The position numbers and the translations under genes are program-made. Positions 1-14,939 of a DNA stretch of 64,000 nt are shown here, piece after piece (the first letter of the stretch is position 1; each line of letters opens with the position of its first letter). The notes under the pieces are model-generated. The model searched no databases. It was not told the DNA's origin and worked only from the letters and a program-made list of their open reading frames with translations. The DNA comes from the human T2T-CHM13v2.0 reference genome, Homo sapiens. The stretch is from NCBI RefSeq assembly GCF_009914755.1, contig NC_060927.1. One strand, written 5' to 3'.

Positions 1-141
1 AGAACTGTAATGAGGGATAATAATTGACCAGATGACATTTTACAAAAGATTCAAGTTTCTTCTTCTTCATTCCTTTTTTTTAATTGAGTCCAGTAAACCG
101 TATGCGAAGCACTGTGTTAAATACCTTGATCTACCTTATCT

Positions 142-282
142 CAGTGGTCCTCGACTGAATCGCCTTGTGTAACTTATTAAAAATATGTTTTCCTGGATGC
201 CAGCTTGTGTTGGAAGGGAGCCAGGAAAATGCATTTTTATAAGTTTCACAAGTGATTCTGATGTTTATTTCTGGTTAACTAC
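142..282. mobile_element. MER5-like hAT-Charlie DNA transposon remnant
   Basis: CAGTGGTCCTC start and 'tgcatttttataagtttcacaagtgattctgatg' resemble MER5; recognised by eye. Confidence 0.45.
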
Positions 283-498
283 TATAGCCTTATCCCATTT
301 CTTCCTCATAAAAATCTTGAGAAGTCTCAGTAATTGTAAAAGAAGATAAATTGGAAGAACAAAAATAGCTTTTCAGGCACTCTATTCTGTCTATACTATG
401 ATCATGAAGGTATAAGGAGTGTGTTTCTGAATTCAATTGATTTGAATAGATGAAGTCCTAGGCCTTCATTTTTTCTTTTCTCTGGTTCCTCTCTGCAG

Positions 499-613
499 TC
501 TCCTTTCAGCCTGCTTCAGGAATGAGCTTGTGGAGCCCCGGAGAGAAACTCCAAAACAATCTGACGTCTTCTTTAGACATTCCAAGCCCCCAAACCGATC
601 AGTGTACCCATAG
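499..613 (+). CDS. TP63: TP63 gamma-specific terminal exon (exon 10'), coding part
   Basis: Pyrimidine tract + CAG acceptor ending 498; from 500 it reads LLSACFRNELVEPRRETPKQSDVFFRHSKPPNRSVYP-TAG(611-613), the p63gamma C-terminus; phase-2 entry as for exon 11. Confidence 0.96.
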
Positions 614-634
614 AGCCCTATCTCTATATTTTAA

Positions 635-697
635 GTGTGTGTGTTGTATTTCCATGTGTATATGTGAGTGTGTGTGTGTGTATGTGTGTGCGTGTGT
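635..697 (+). repeat. Interrupted (TG)n microsatellite in gamma 3'UTR
   Basis: Directly visible TG runs. Confidence 0.9.
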
Positions 698-1907
698 ATC
701 TAGCCCTCATAAACAGGACTTGAAGACACTTTGGCTCAGAGACCCAACTGCTCAAAGGCACAAAGCCACTAGTGAGAGAATCTTTTGAAGGGACTCAAAC
801 CTTTACAAGAAAGGATGTTTTCTGCAGATTTTGTATCCTTAGACCGGCCATTGGTGGGTGAGGAACCACTGTGTTTGTCTGTGAGCTTTCTGTTGTTTCC
901 TGGGAGGGAGGGGTCAGGTGGGGAAAGGGGCATTAAGATGTTTATTGGAACCCTTTTCTGTCTTCTTCTGTTGTTTTTCTAAAATTCACAGGGAAGCTTT
1001 TGAGCAGGTCTCAAACTTAAGATGTCTTTTTAAGAAAAGGAGAAAAAAGTTGTTATTGTCTGTGCATAAGTAAGTTGTAGGTGACTGAGAGACTCAGTCA
1101 GACCCTTTTAATGCTGGTCATGTAATAATATTGCAAGTAGTAAGAAACGAAGGTGTCAAGTGTACTGCTGGGCAGCGAGGTGATCATTACCAAAAGTAAT
1201 CAACTTTGTGGGTGGAGAGTTCTTTGTGAGAACTTGCATTATTTGTGTCCTCCCCTCATGTGTAGGTAGAACATTTCTTAATGCTGTGTACCTGCCTCTG
1301 CCACTGTATGTTGGCATCTGTTATGCTAAAGTTTTTCTTGTACATGAAACCCTGGAAGACCTACTACAAAAAAACTGTTGTTTGGCCCCCATAGCAGGTG
1401 AACTCATTTTGTGCTTTTAATAGAAAGACAAATCCACCCCAGTAATATTGCCCTTACGTAGTTGTTTACCATTATTCAAAGCTCAAAATAGAATTTGAAG
1501 CCCTCTCACAAAATCTGTGATTAATTTGCTTAATTAGAGCTTCTATCCCTCAAGCCTACCTACCATAAAACCAGCCATATTACTGATACTGTTCAGTGCA
1601 TTTAGCCAGGAGACTTACGTTTTGAGTAAGTGAGATCCAAGCAGACGTGTTAAAATCAGCACTCCTGGACTGGAAATTAAAGATTGAAAGGGTAGACTAC
1701 TTTTCTTTTTTTTACTCAAAAGTTTAGAGAATCTCTGTTTCTTTCCATTTTAAAAACATATTTTAAGATAATAGCATAAAGACTTTAAAAATGTTCCTCC
1801 CCTCCATCTTCCCACACCCAGTCACCAGCACTGTATTTTCTGTCACCAAGACAATGATTTCTTGTTATTGAGGCTGTTGCTTTTGTGGATGTGTGATTTT
1901 AATTTTC

Positions 1908-1913
1908 AATAAA
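1908..1913 (+). terminator. TP63: Poly(A) signal of TP63 gamma mRNA
   Basis: AATAAA with U-rich upstream sequence and downstream GTTTTTTTGTTTCTGTCT. Confidence 0.85.
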
Positions 1914-4900
1914 CTTTTGCATCTTGGTTTATCTTGCAGTTTTTTTGTTTCTGTCTCTCTCACTTTTTTCCCACTAAATACTAGAATATTCTCATGTAAG
2001 TGCTTGAAGTAGCATGTGTAGGTCTAAGGAACAAGAATAATAATAGAATCATCACTTTGTTCCTACGTACATTTCTTCTGTCAGTATTTGGTATTTTTAT
2101 TTAAGATACTCTGTATCAAGGTCATCAATCGTAACAAGGAACTAAAATGCCTAAACTAACTTAAAAAAATACTTTAGCTCTATGAGTTTTAAAGTTTGTC
2201 CTAGGAAGCCAGACACCATAGAATCATTTATTGACATTCCTGACAAACCTCTAGTTGTATGTTAATTCGCCAAATTTACTAAAGTGAATTTCAATCAAAT
2301 CCAAATGTTTTAAATAACATGGCTTCTGTGGCATAGACATTAGCAAATATTTGGCCAGAAATCAACAGTGGAACCTATTGTCCAATTTTTTTTTTTACTT
2401 ATGTTTTGAGCCCTGAATAATTGCTTTTAAAAGCTTCATAAGAAGTTCTAACCAAAAAAAAAAAAAATTAGTATTTTAGATAAATATTTCAGAAAAAAAA
2501 ATCTTTATATTTGAGATAAAAGTATATTAGTAAAACCAGATGCTCCTGTTATATTTGCAAGGTGTTTTTCAATTGGTCTAATAACTTTGATTCACAAAGC
2601 CCTTAAAGGATTGGTGAGTATGTTTCGTTTTTTGATATTTGCTTTTCTTTCAGAAGGGTTTTTCTTTTCTTTCAGCCTTTTTTAAGTAAGTTTTTAATGT
2701 GTTTATAGTGACTTGTATATAAATGCACATATTTGAAATGATGGAAAATATTAGAAAATTACAGTTTTCCCATCTAGAGAATAAATGCTGCACTGTCTTT
2801 AGTAGCCAGATAACCCGGCTAGAGAGAAAGGTCACAGGTAGGCAGTACTGGGTAAAATTGAGAGAAGATATGATTCTTTTTCTGATGGTCCATGTTTTCC
2901 CTTTTTTTTTTTTTTCCTGACCTTTCTCATAACAAGGATGCTCTGCTCCGCCCTCAGTATCCCTTTCTGCTCCCAAATTCTTTACTGCAGAAATGGTTTG
3001 TTGAAATAGATTTGGCCTAAGCTATCACCAAATCCTACTAGAGGGTTGCTTTTTAATGAGCAGTGGAAGATTTTAGCCAAAAGAAGGAATCTAGTGGAAT
3101 TCTAGACATCTAGGAGGTAGATAGTGTAACTTGTGTCTGCGCAGGAATTTTGATATTCTACCACATAGATAGTCACTAGGGTTGGAACCAGAAAACCTGA
3201 TTTGAAGTCCTATATGTCCTAAAACCACTTCTCGCTTTTCAATTTTGAATTTTATTCTTCGGAAACTGTGCAGAAGCTTATATTGTTAAAGTTAAGAACT
3301 GGGACTTGGCTCCACCAGGATTTTTCTTCAAAGCTGGAAATACGTGAAATATGATTTTCTACATCTCTGTTACACTGAATTCTTAGAAAAATCTAGTGAG
3401 GCTCTAGAGAAAACAACCTGAGGTATACACCTTACGATTTTTTTCTGCAGACAGCTGGATTCTTACTTTTTTGGGTTTTGGATAGGAGAGGAGAGTGTAG
3501 GCAAGAAAACCAGAATGGTACAGGTCCTGTTATTCTTCTGAACACATTTTCCTTCTCTTTAGTTTCTCCAGAAATTTTTGGAATATTTCACTTAAGAACT
3601 ATTGTATTAAATTTGTAATTTTTTTTTAAAAAAGGTTGTTCTTCAAGGCTTTCAAATTGGCTGAGTTTATTCAGCCTTGCTTCCTTTTTCACAGTATGTA
3701 GTTTTCAGAATGCTTCTTCTAGTTCAGTCATTTTGAAATTAATAATAGACAGACTACCTTGCTTCCCTTCCGTGTGGCTTTAAAACTCACTTTCATATTA
3801 AAGGGAAGGCATTCCGAATTTCTGACCTTTCCTGACTGTTAACCCCATTCAACTGTTCACCCTCATTTCTGGGTATGTTCAATTAAGAATCCAACTCACC
3901 TCTGGCCACTTCCTCCTATTAATTCTTACATAGTTATCTTCTATGCCATGGGCCACATATCAGAGTGTTAAATATTTGAGGCTGGAGGGAAACAGTGAAA
4001 GAAGCTAAGAAGCTGATGTTTCCTGAGCACCTACAAATCACTGGACCCTGTCCAGGGCTGTTACATGATCTCATTCTTAATAGAAATCTTCTAGAGTAGG
4101 TACAATATCTAGGCTACAGGTTAAGAAAATGAGACTCAAGAAACTTGTACAACATCCTGCGTCACTAAGTTTGTGTTAGATGTTTTGATTGACTTAGAAT
4201 CCATGTTCCTTCTTTCTTCATCTGTGGTTTCTGACCTACCCTCCTCAAATTAGTGGCTTATGATGAAAAATGGTAAATGAACTAATAAAATAGTCAAAAA
4301 TAATAACCATAAGCTAAAGAAAGCAGGAGGTTGTAACAGGAATTGTAAGAAGGAATTTACTCTGAGCGTCCAGAAAAAAAAAAAAGCAAAACTTTTAAAT
4401 GTATTTTTATTTTTCTAATTGTGGCTATTAATGATTCAAGCACTGCTTTCTATTAGCTCTTGCTGTACATTTGACTGGTTTGAGGAGGGACAGATAGAGA
4501 GGTCTCCTCAGGTTACAGAGGACCAACTGCATCAGGAATATGGGCTACCTGGAATCTTAGGTACTTTTCAGTGAGCAAAGAGAATTGAAGAAACATCAGC
4601 TGGCAGAGAATCTCCTTACTGCCTTGCCCCAAGCTTTCCTATACTCTGATGTGGACTAATGGATGAGCCTAAGTGCAGCCATATGTGCTGACTCTTTGAA
4701 AAGGTTCCCCCACAGGGACGGAGTGGATTCAGAAGTGCTTGGTAGTAGCTGGAGTTACCTCCTTTACCCCTCTTCCATCTTGGTCTCCTACATTTCTCTT
4801 ACTACTTCATCTATTTCTTGTCCCCATAACCTAGAAAAAACAATAGGTGCCAGGAGACCTAGTTCTGCCCTCAGTGCATCCATTTAGCAACATGTGATCT

Positions 4901-6737
4901 TGGGCATATGTTTTTTCTTAGAACCTTATATTTACCCATATGTATATTTGGAATAGTAATTTCTGTCCATCTCTGCCCTGCTATACCATGACCTGCTCCA
5001 CAAGGATGGTGTGACAATCATTCAGAAAATGTACAAAGAAGAGTTCGGTAACCTGAAATGTTTTATAGTTGGGAGGATTTATTGTATCAACACCAGTATA
5101 TATATACAATGTGGATCTATAATTGTGAGTATTTGATAAGGGCTAAAGAGAAAAGTCAATGCCCTCCTACCTTAAAGGCAGTGATTGTAAAATACACCTG
5201 AATTGTTAATTTACATTAATTGACATGATAATTTATACACATTAAAATACAGCATATTGTTTGCATTCATCTAGCTGTGGCTCTCCATTGACATGGAATG
5301 GAGCCTTCCTTATTTTCATGTAATTATGGAGAGAATGCAGAGTGGCAGCTTCGAAGACCATCCCTACGATTGCAGCACCTAAGTGCTAGGGCCATTTTTA
5401 AAATGATTTTTTTCAAATATTATGCCATATAGGCTTGGAACCTGGGTCCATTTACAGAGCCTCCAAAATTTGAATTATACATATATATGCAGATAAAACT
5501 CAAAGAAAAAATTTGTCTCCCCTCTAATGTAAATATGCCTGTGACAGGGAAAAGGTAAACAGGAACAACATAATTCGCTTTGTTTGAGAATTGTTAAAGG
5601 GGAGTTTTCCCATAACAGACTAGACACTTGCTTAAAGTCCAGTCTTCATTCTGTGGTCACAGTAATTCAGTGTAGATGCTGCATAGTCTGTACATTTCTT
5701 CCTCATCTTCTCTTTTTCAGTTCTCATCATAGCCGTATAAGGTAGGATGGATTATTATATCCATTGCCTCCACTACTCTATGAGTGTCTCAAAGATGGGG
5801 ACCATGCCTTAAGTTTTATTAACTTGAACATCTGACTCATGCAGCAAGTGTAAATGTATGTAGTTTATATAGTTTTCTTGTGAGAAAACAAAGGCCAGGA
5901 TGTTAAGTAGCTCGCATGGGCATCTATAGCATCCTAACAGATGACGGAGGAAGGCTTCATCTCTGACTTTGTGACTCTCATTGTAGTACACATCACTAGT
6001 TTTTATATTAAGATAAAACATCAGGAATGACAGTTGAGTTGGGAATATTATCTGTTAGATATAATATGACAAATGAGTTCTGGTAACTTTCCAAATTGAA
6101 GATCATGCTGAATGGAAAACTATTGGGTTTTTCTGTTGCTTTGTTTTTTTCATTTCTCCCAGGAGACTTTTGGAAAGTCAATAGAATAGTTATTTGGGCT
6201 TCAGCGTTCTCCTGTGTAGAAATGCTTTTGACATTCCAGTAGGTTCTCTCATACATCATGAACATCTCTATTGAAAATGCATGTTTCCAAGTAGGGGCCT
6301 CTGCATGACAGCAAGATGAGCTGCCAAATGCCCAGTTTGATTGGCTTTGTAGTCATTTTCTGCATATCCCAAATGGAATATACAGAAAGCTACAAATGGA
6401 ATGCCTTAGCTGCAGTTTGAGGGTGGGATATCCATGTTTTTCGTCAGCCTTTAAGTCTTTGCTCAATTCTTTTCCCTAACTGCTTTTCAAACTCATTTGA
6501 GTTGAAGGGAAAAGAGGAGAAGGGAATGGAGAAAACAACTGAAGGGAAAAGAGGAGGCAAGAATTTTCTCTTTCTCAAAGGAAATACTAAACCTTGCACT
6601 CTGCACATTCAGGAAAAATATGATTTGATGATAGCCTCGCAGTCAGTTTCTCCCTATTCAGGAAATATTCTCAGATGGAAACAAAATTAACTTCTTACCA
6701 TTAATCCTAGAAGAATGTTTTCAAATGTTTGGTTTGA

Positions 6738-7004
<267 letters not shown>

Positions 7005-7298
7005 TAGCTGTGGCTGAAGGATGAACAGGCTAGCTTAGGACAAGACTCTGTGATGGGGAAGGCATGTTCTTAAGCTAAATGAGAGACACAGTGGGACAGA
7101 TCAGATCAAAGTGGAGTGGCTTGGGTTTCTGACTGAACCTTTCACTTTTGAGGTTTATCATTCATTGCAAAATATACTACTGGTAGAGATAGGGACGGAT
7201 GTTTCTTTAGTGTAGGGATAAGGATTTCTGTGAAAAGAACAGTCTACTTGCTGCTATCCTGGATGGAGACTCACCACCTGCAGCCTTTGAAATAGTCA

Positions 7299-7661
<363 letters not shown>

Positions 7662-8270
7662 TCTAGAAAAGTAGATTATCGTCTGGACTCTATGAAAAAA
7701 ATACCTCTAATTACAAAGAAGTTACTTCTCGAATACTTAATTTTCTATCCATAAAATTGTCACTATATATACTTAACATTTTATGTCTGTTACTCTATAA
7801 TCCTGGCCTTTTAAACTCACCTATTCTATCCCAGACACAGTCAGTAAGGAACTGATCTACGAAGGAACCTGCCTTTTATTTCTTCTCACACACATTCCTC
7901 ATATCAGCTAAGTACAAATGAAAAAGGCACTGTAAGAATTGGGCCTCCAAGTGGATGATGACTGGCATATAGCTTTACTATAAATATAATTATCTTCTCC
8001 ACTAGGACTAAATCTAGCAAAGTGGATACACAAACTTGAAGGAAAAAAAAGTCGTGGTAAAAATGCAAAAGATTGTATAACACCCTCGGGGATACAGAAG
8101 ACTGAACATTGCATGGGTATCATATAATCCTTACTACCTAAAAAACAGTACCCTCAAGCTTGTCTTTTGAAATCCTAATTATTTTGATCAAACCTCTAAA
8201 CGAGCATTTCAGTGTTGTCTCTTCTGAAAGAAATCAGGGGAGGCTAGGATTATGACTTTCTGTGGTCTAA

Positions 8271-8594
<324 letters not shown>

Positions 8595-9304
8595 ACACAT
8601 TCATATTTTAATGAGATAGAGGTGTGTGTGTTTGCAATGGTTGCCTGTTATGGCAAACGTAGACTTTAGAGTGAGATCACTCTCTCACTAATGATAAACG
8701 CATCATAAGGCTTAAAACCTGACCCCTTGACAGGCCTACTTTGACATAAAAAGAGTAGAAACCATTTATTTTCAACTTTATTTTATTTCTTGTGACATCT
8801 TAGAGTCCTCAAGTTCCTTCTTGGTATGACAAAATTGTGATAATAGTGATGATGGTTCACATTTGTATAACTTACAGTTTGCCTACTTTTTTTCTTATTT
8901 GTACTTTACAATTATTTCAGAAGGGAAACAGATTGAGATGTGATAGGGTATGCTCTTTAGTTAGCTAGTTAGTGGCAAAGACCTTTTCTAGGCATACTGC
9001 TACTCACTAAAGTAGAAACAAATTACATTAATCTTTTAGTAAATTATTTTGTTCTTTTTGACATGAAGGCAAAATTCATTTTATAAATATTGATATTAAA
9101 CTTTTTTTCTCTATCAGTGAGTGTTTACACTTAATTGTTTAGTAAAATATCAGTAAGTATTGGTGGTGTTCCTGTATACAACCCTGAAAATGGACCATAA
9201 GTAATAGAATATTTAATTGTATCATCATTTATTAGGCACGTGAGTCCTTCTAAATATTGAAGTCAGTCTCCCTATTCCCAAATAAATGTTCCAAGGGTCA
9301 CTCT

Positions 9305-9600
9305 TTCATTCACAGATTTGTGCATTTATCCACTTACCCTAAGTTTACTGAGCACCTACTCTGTGCCAGGCACTGTGCTAGGGACTGTAGGGATCTAGAC
9401 ACCTATAAGATCTAATCTCTGTGCTTGCACAGGTTAGTGAGGGAGACAGAAATATCACCCTCGAAGGCAAATACAAGGAAGAATATGTTAACATTAAGAG
9501 CAATTAGCAATTAGAGAATTAGAAGCAGAGAAAGGGGAGGAAAGAGATTGTTCTCGGACAAGGTACAAAAGTCAAGAGGTGCCTAATTAGTTTGGAGTCT
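9305..9600 (-). mobile_element. L2 3'-end fragment
   Basis: 'tttactgagcacctactctgtgccaggcactgtgctagg' is a typical L2 3' end; bounds approximate. Confidence 0.6.
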
Positions 9601-9676
9601 GACCGTTCTGTTTGACTAGATGTAGGCTGTTTGAAGGGGTGTAGTGAGAGCGAAGATTAAAAAGGAAGGCTGGTAG

Positions 9677-9922
<246 letters not shown>

Positions 9923-11225
9923 TGAGTCCACAGCATGTGCCCCTGGGGGCCTGCCCTAAGCATCCCGGGATGGTGGAGGGCGGATACTGTTATAGTCCAT
10001 AAAACAGTTGGAAGGGAAGACAGCAGTCCTGTGGTTGGAGTTCAGTCACTATTATCTCTGATCTGTGGAGTGGTCAACAATGTTTTATCAAGGAAAACTA
10101 CTATAACCAGCATGGAAACAAGGGAAAGTGTCTGTTGATAGGCATATTGTTTTCATGTCTGTTTCCCTCGCCTTCACTTACTCCCTTCCTCCTCTCTCAC
10201 ATTTTTACATTGTCAATTGCGGCCCTCAAGTTGGTGCTCAGGGCTGGGTTTCCAAAAGGGCAATAAACTTGCTGTCTCGCTCCTTTTCCTCTCTCTCTAA
10301 TCCTTATAGCTCTCAGCCACCATGGGACCATTATTTTGGAGTTGGATGTCCATAAAAAGTTTTAATGTTATCCAAAATGACAGGGACTTTCAAAAACTGA
10401 TGGCCTTTACTACTCTGCCTATGGGAAATGGGCACACTCCAGAAAAGGGGAGTTGAGATAAGCAGAAGAAAGAAATGCATGAAGCCTGAAAGATTTGCTT
10501 CCCACAGAGGCAAGAGTAGGTTCCCAGATTTCTTGCCTAGTGTATATCTTCTTCTTCTGCTTCATGTGCAGAATGATTGTTTCATTTGGCTACTGGAACG
10601 ATTTGTGTTGATTTTCCTGCTACGTCAATCACAGGGATGGCAAAGTGCGTGGCCTTTTCCACCCAGGGTCTGTTCTGTAATGATGGTGGCATCATCATCA
10701 GTCTCAGACCAGCACCAAAAGGAAGGGGATCTGTATCCTGAGAAGGACATAAATCAAAAGGCATGAATGACTTAATGGAGTAGAGGCCTACAATTTTTTT
10801 CTTAACCACATGAGCCATTCTCACAAAGCCCAGATACAAAACAAATAAAGTAGAGATGTTCTTTTTGAAGTGTAGAGCCAAGCAGCAAGAAAGCTAGGAA
10901 CCTGAACACTGGACTTCCCTTTCACCCTTTGCAATGGTTCCTAGGACACTTACACAGAACCCTAGAATTCCACAGATCACCATATGATAATCGCTGATCT
11001 GCAGGAATCCTTATAGTTGATTTTAATTTCTGTAGACCTAAACTTCATGTCACCAGTAATCTCCAGACCTCAGACTTAAGGCCCACATATATATTACCCA
11101 ATCCTCATCTCTGATGTGGGGCATCCAAGGGCAAAATATATTGGGTTTTCCCTTATCTCGCCAATGCAGTTGGGGTGAACTTTCTTTTTCTGTTTCCTCC
11201 TTCCTCTTCCCTCCTCCCTCTGCAG

Positions 11226-11319
11226 TTTCTTAGCGAGGTTGGGCTGTTCATCATGTCTGGACTATTTCACGACCCAGGGGCTGACCACCATCTATCAGAT
11301 TGAGCATTACTCCATGGAT
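11226..11319 (+). CDS. TP63: TP63 exon 13 (94 nt), SAM domain N-terminal part, alpha-specific
   Basis: Long pyrimidine tract + CAG ending 11225, GTAAGT donor at 11320; encodes [31 protein letters not shown] (too short for the ORF track). Confidence 0.97.
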
Positions 11320-12947
11320 GTAAGTAACTGTTAGACTTTTCTCAAATTTTATTTCTTCATTTCTTTCCTCTGATGACAACCGCCTTGTAGTTCAATCCCT
11401 GATAGTTTAAAAATTTGTTTTTGTCATGCCCCCAATTATCCATTTTGATAGAACCCATAACTATGTTAGAAAGATTCCCAGGCCTCAACCTATACATATT
11501 AGAAGCTTAGCAATCAATCTTCCTTAGCTTGTCTTATCAGTCAACAATTGTCTATTGCACTTACACTATTCTCAAGGTGGGAAAGAGGAGCTATTCCCGC
11601 AATCAAAAAATTCATAATTTCTAAAGAATTAATACAACTTTTTGAGTGTGCTCATTAATCTGTATCAGTTCCCAGAAAGGATAGCAGGGCACCGGTGGTG
11701 CTATTCTCTTAAAAACATGGAGAGATGACACAGTAGTCATTTGCCATGACTATTTAAAACAAAACTAGGAATAGAACACAAACGTGTAAGCTTACAGTCT
11801 TTAACTTTATTAACTGGCCTTTTCTGCCTTTCTTTAAATTAGTACCTTAAGGGAGATTCAGCCGTTCCTCTCAATTAAAACTATATGTTCCTTTATTAAT
11901 TTTCAGTTTCATCCTAATAGAGCCCAGCCATTTCTAATCATTGGGCATTATCAATGGCTATGGGGTCAAATCCCAATCACCCTTTTTAGTAGCAATGAGA
12001 ACTTGGGGTTATCACTTTGCCTCTCTGGGCCTCAGTTAATAAAATATTGGGTTCAAATTACTCCTTTCTGGCTTTCATATCCTTTGATTTGTCTTTGAAA
12101 CAAGCTGGGCGAGAGGGGACTTTTTCTTGCTTCCTACTCCACTTTTTGAACTCCTGCTCACACGGGAGCTAGTGTTGCTCTGGTTTATGGCAATCTGATT
12201 TGTCTCTTAGGCCGCGCTCTTCATGCTGCTCTCTTTGGGGTTCACTAGCCTCTCTTCTAGCTTCCAGAGGGTACTTTGGACTGCGGGAAGAAGACAGTCT
12301 CTGCCTCTGCTGCTACTTCTATTGTTGGGGACTCTTTTTTCCCCCTCCTTGAGCACCGATGCTAGAGATGCCCCTGCAGCATAAGAATGCCCCCACCATG
12401 AGGTGACGTGTACATAGTGTACTGCCCCTATGCCCACCCCTCTTCACCCCATAAATCACTCCTGGCTGCTGCTCCCTGATAGAATAAGTTATAAGCAAAA
12501 ACTGCAGGGAAAGCTTTAAGAGTAAGTTCCAGTATTATTCTGATAACTTTACAGTCACTTCCGTCCACTGAAGAGAACAGAGTTGCCCTATATTTGAGAG
12601 AGTCTCCTGTAGTAGATTCCTACATTTTGGAACAGAGAATCTTCCTCTTCCCTATATTTTTAAAGTTATACTTTCCACTTGCTCACTTATTTCCACTGGG
12701 GAATGTGTCAGGATGTTCCCTTGATCATTAGGATCTGCAGATACCCTTTATAAGTTCATTTCTGCTGATGTTGACTAAGTCCTATGCCAATCTGTGGGCC
12801 ACAGCTTTCTCACCTGTCAGTCATTAGTTAAAATCCATCCAGGGCATCATGACAATGAACAGAGTCTAATTTACAAAGAGCTTTGCATTTACTGAGAGCC
12901 TCAAAAGTATAAAGAATCCAAGAAACATAAAAAGCTATGCTTATTTA

Positions 12948-13240
12948 GGCCGGGCATGGTGGCTCACACCTGTAATCCCAGCACTTTGGGAGGCCGAGGC
13001 AGGCGGATCACGAGGTCAGGAGACCGAGACCATCCTGGCTAACACGGTGAAACCCTGTCTCTACTAAAAATACAAAAAATTAGCCAGGTGTGGTGGTGCA
13101 CCTCTGTAGTCCCAGCTACTCAGGAGGCCGAGGCAGGAAAATGGCGTGAACTTGGGAGGCGGAGTTTGCAGTGAGCCGAGATCACGCCACTGCACTCCAG
13201 CCTGGGTGAAAGTGCAAGACTCCGTCTCAAAAAATAATAA
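12948..13240 (+). mobile_element. AluY, intron 13
   Basis: AluY-type 'ggatcacgaggtcaggaga..gagaccatcctggctaacacggtg'; exact 18-bp TSD aaaaagctatgcttattt at 12929-12946 and 13241-13258. Confidence 0.95.
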
Positions 13241-13669
13241 AAAAAGCTATGCTTATTTTTTTGTGGATTACCTTCTTTATAAGGTATTCTTCTGCTACAG
13301 TAAGAGATTAGGAATACCTCTAATGGCCTGAAAATTCACACCATAGGAAAATATGACACCAGACTACAAACTTCCAAATTGAGAAATGTTGGGAAGCTGT
13401 GCAATTTTCTCCTCCTCACCTCAGCTTCTTCCTGCGTATTTCTAGAAAGAGACACCCTTTTCTCAGCTTTTATCTTAGAGCCAGTCTAAGTTATTGGGCA
13501 TCATCACTTCCTGGAAAAGGAATGTGACCTAAATTTGGGGAACTTCATTAGTATCCCCATAACATGCAAAAATGAGGTAACAATACAACATAATAATAAT
13601 ACAAATGGTTAATATTTATAGAGTGTGTTGTAATTTATAAAATACTTTCATAGCTGTATTTACCTATGA

Positions 13670-14440
13670 GTCTGTAGCATCTTTTGCCCTATAAAGCAAT
13701 TGTATCTCATTTTACCAAAGAAGAAACTGAGGCTGGTAGAGAATAAGTGACTTGCTGAAGTTCTATAGCCAGTCAGTGACCATCAAAACCTCTGCCACAG
13801 TTTTCTCACTCCAAGCACAATGTGCTGTTTACCTACCATTCCGCCCTGTGAAAATATGAGCTATCACTGAAACAATCTAAAGAAGAGCTAACGCAGATAA
13901 ATGTAAGTGATATCACCACAGTCAGTTAAGGTTGACCCTATTTGCAATGCCTTCTGCACCCATTCACAGAACATAGACACAGTTGCTCTGCATTTTGATA
14001 CCTTGCTTTATTCAAACACCAAGAGACCTTTTAGATAAAAGTGCCGTTTCAGGTTCTGAGGATGCCCTAAGTCCCTAATTTTTTCACTTAGTTATGTGAC
14101 TTTAAACTTGTCAACCTCTCTGGCCTTCAGTTGTTCTATCTATAAAACAGGTCTAATAATGTTTACCACTAATCTGGGGATTAAATGATATCATGAATAT
14201 AAAATAATTCAGGGCCTGGCACATAGAAAGTACTCAATCTTTTCTTCTCATCTCCTCAACCAAGTGGTGGTGACATTCCATTAATACCTTTCTTCTAGTG
14301 ACTAGCCAGGTAAATTCAAGCATAAGTAGGTACCTCATGTTTCTATTTGGGATTTTTGCCCTCTCATCTAGCTATTATCCCAATTTTACCAATGAAGAAA
14401 CTGAGGCCAGTAGAGACTAAGTGAAGTGTTCTACACAGGC
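13670..14440. mobile_element. Cluster of three MIR fragments (-, +, -) upstream of exon 14
   Basis: MIR core 'gaagaaactgaggc' near 13720 and 14395; opposite-strand 'cctctctggccttcagttgttctatctataaa' near 14115. Confidence 0.6.
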
Positions 14441-14549
14441 AGGAAAGACACCTCAAGGCTGTGCCTTTGTGCTTAGTTCCATAGAGTTGAAGACTCAGAG
14501 AACTAATTTTATTTTCTAATTTGTGGATCAATAGATTCAGATCAATTAA

Positions 14550-14939
<390 letters not shown>

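Larger units (their letters stand above)
614..1938 (+). other. TP63: TP63 gamma 3'UTR (end approximate)
   Basis: Runs from the gamma stop to just after AATAAA at 1908; U/GU-rich sequence follows at about 1939-1960. Confidence 0.8.

Noticed and set aside
522-788. 88-aa ORF overlapping the gamma exon
   Set aside because: Wrong frame relative to p63gamma and runs through the TG repeat (CVCV); no protein resemblance
12200-12480. GC-richer patch with several CpGs in intron 13 and a 76-aa minus ORF
   Set aside because: Too short and CpG-poor for an island; no convincing splice sites or homology seen
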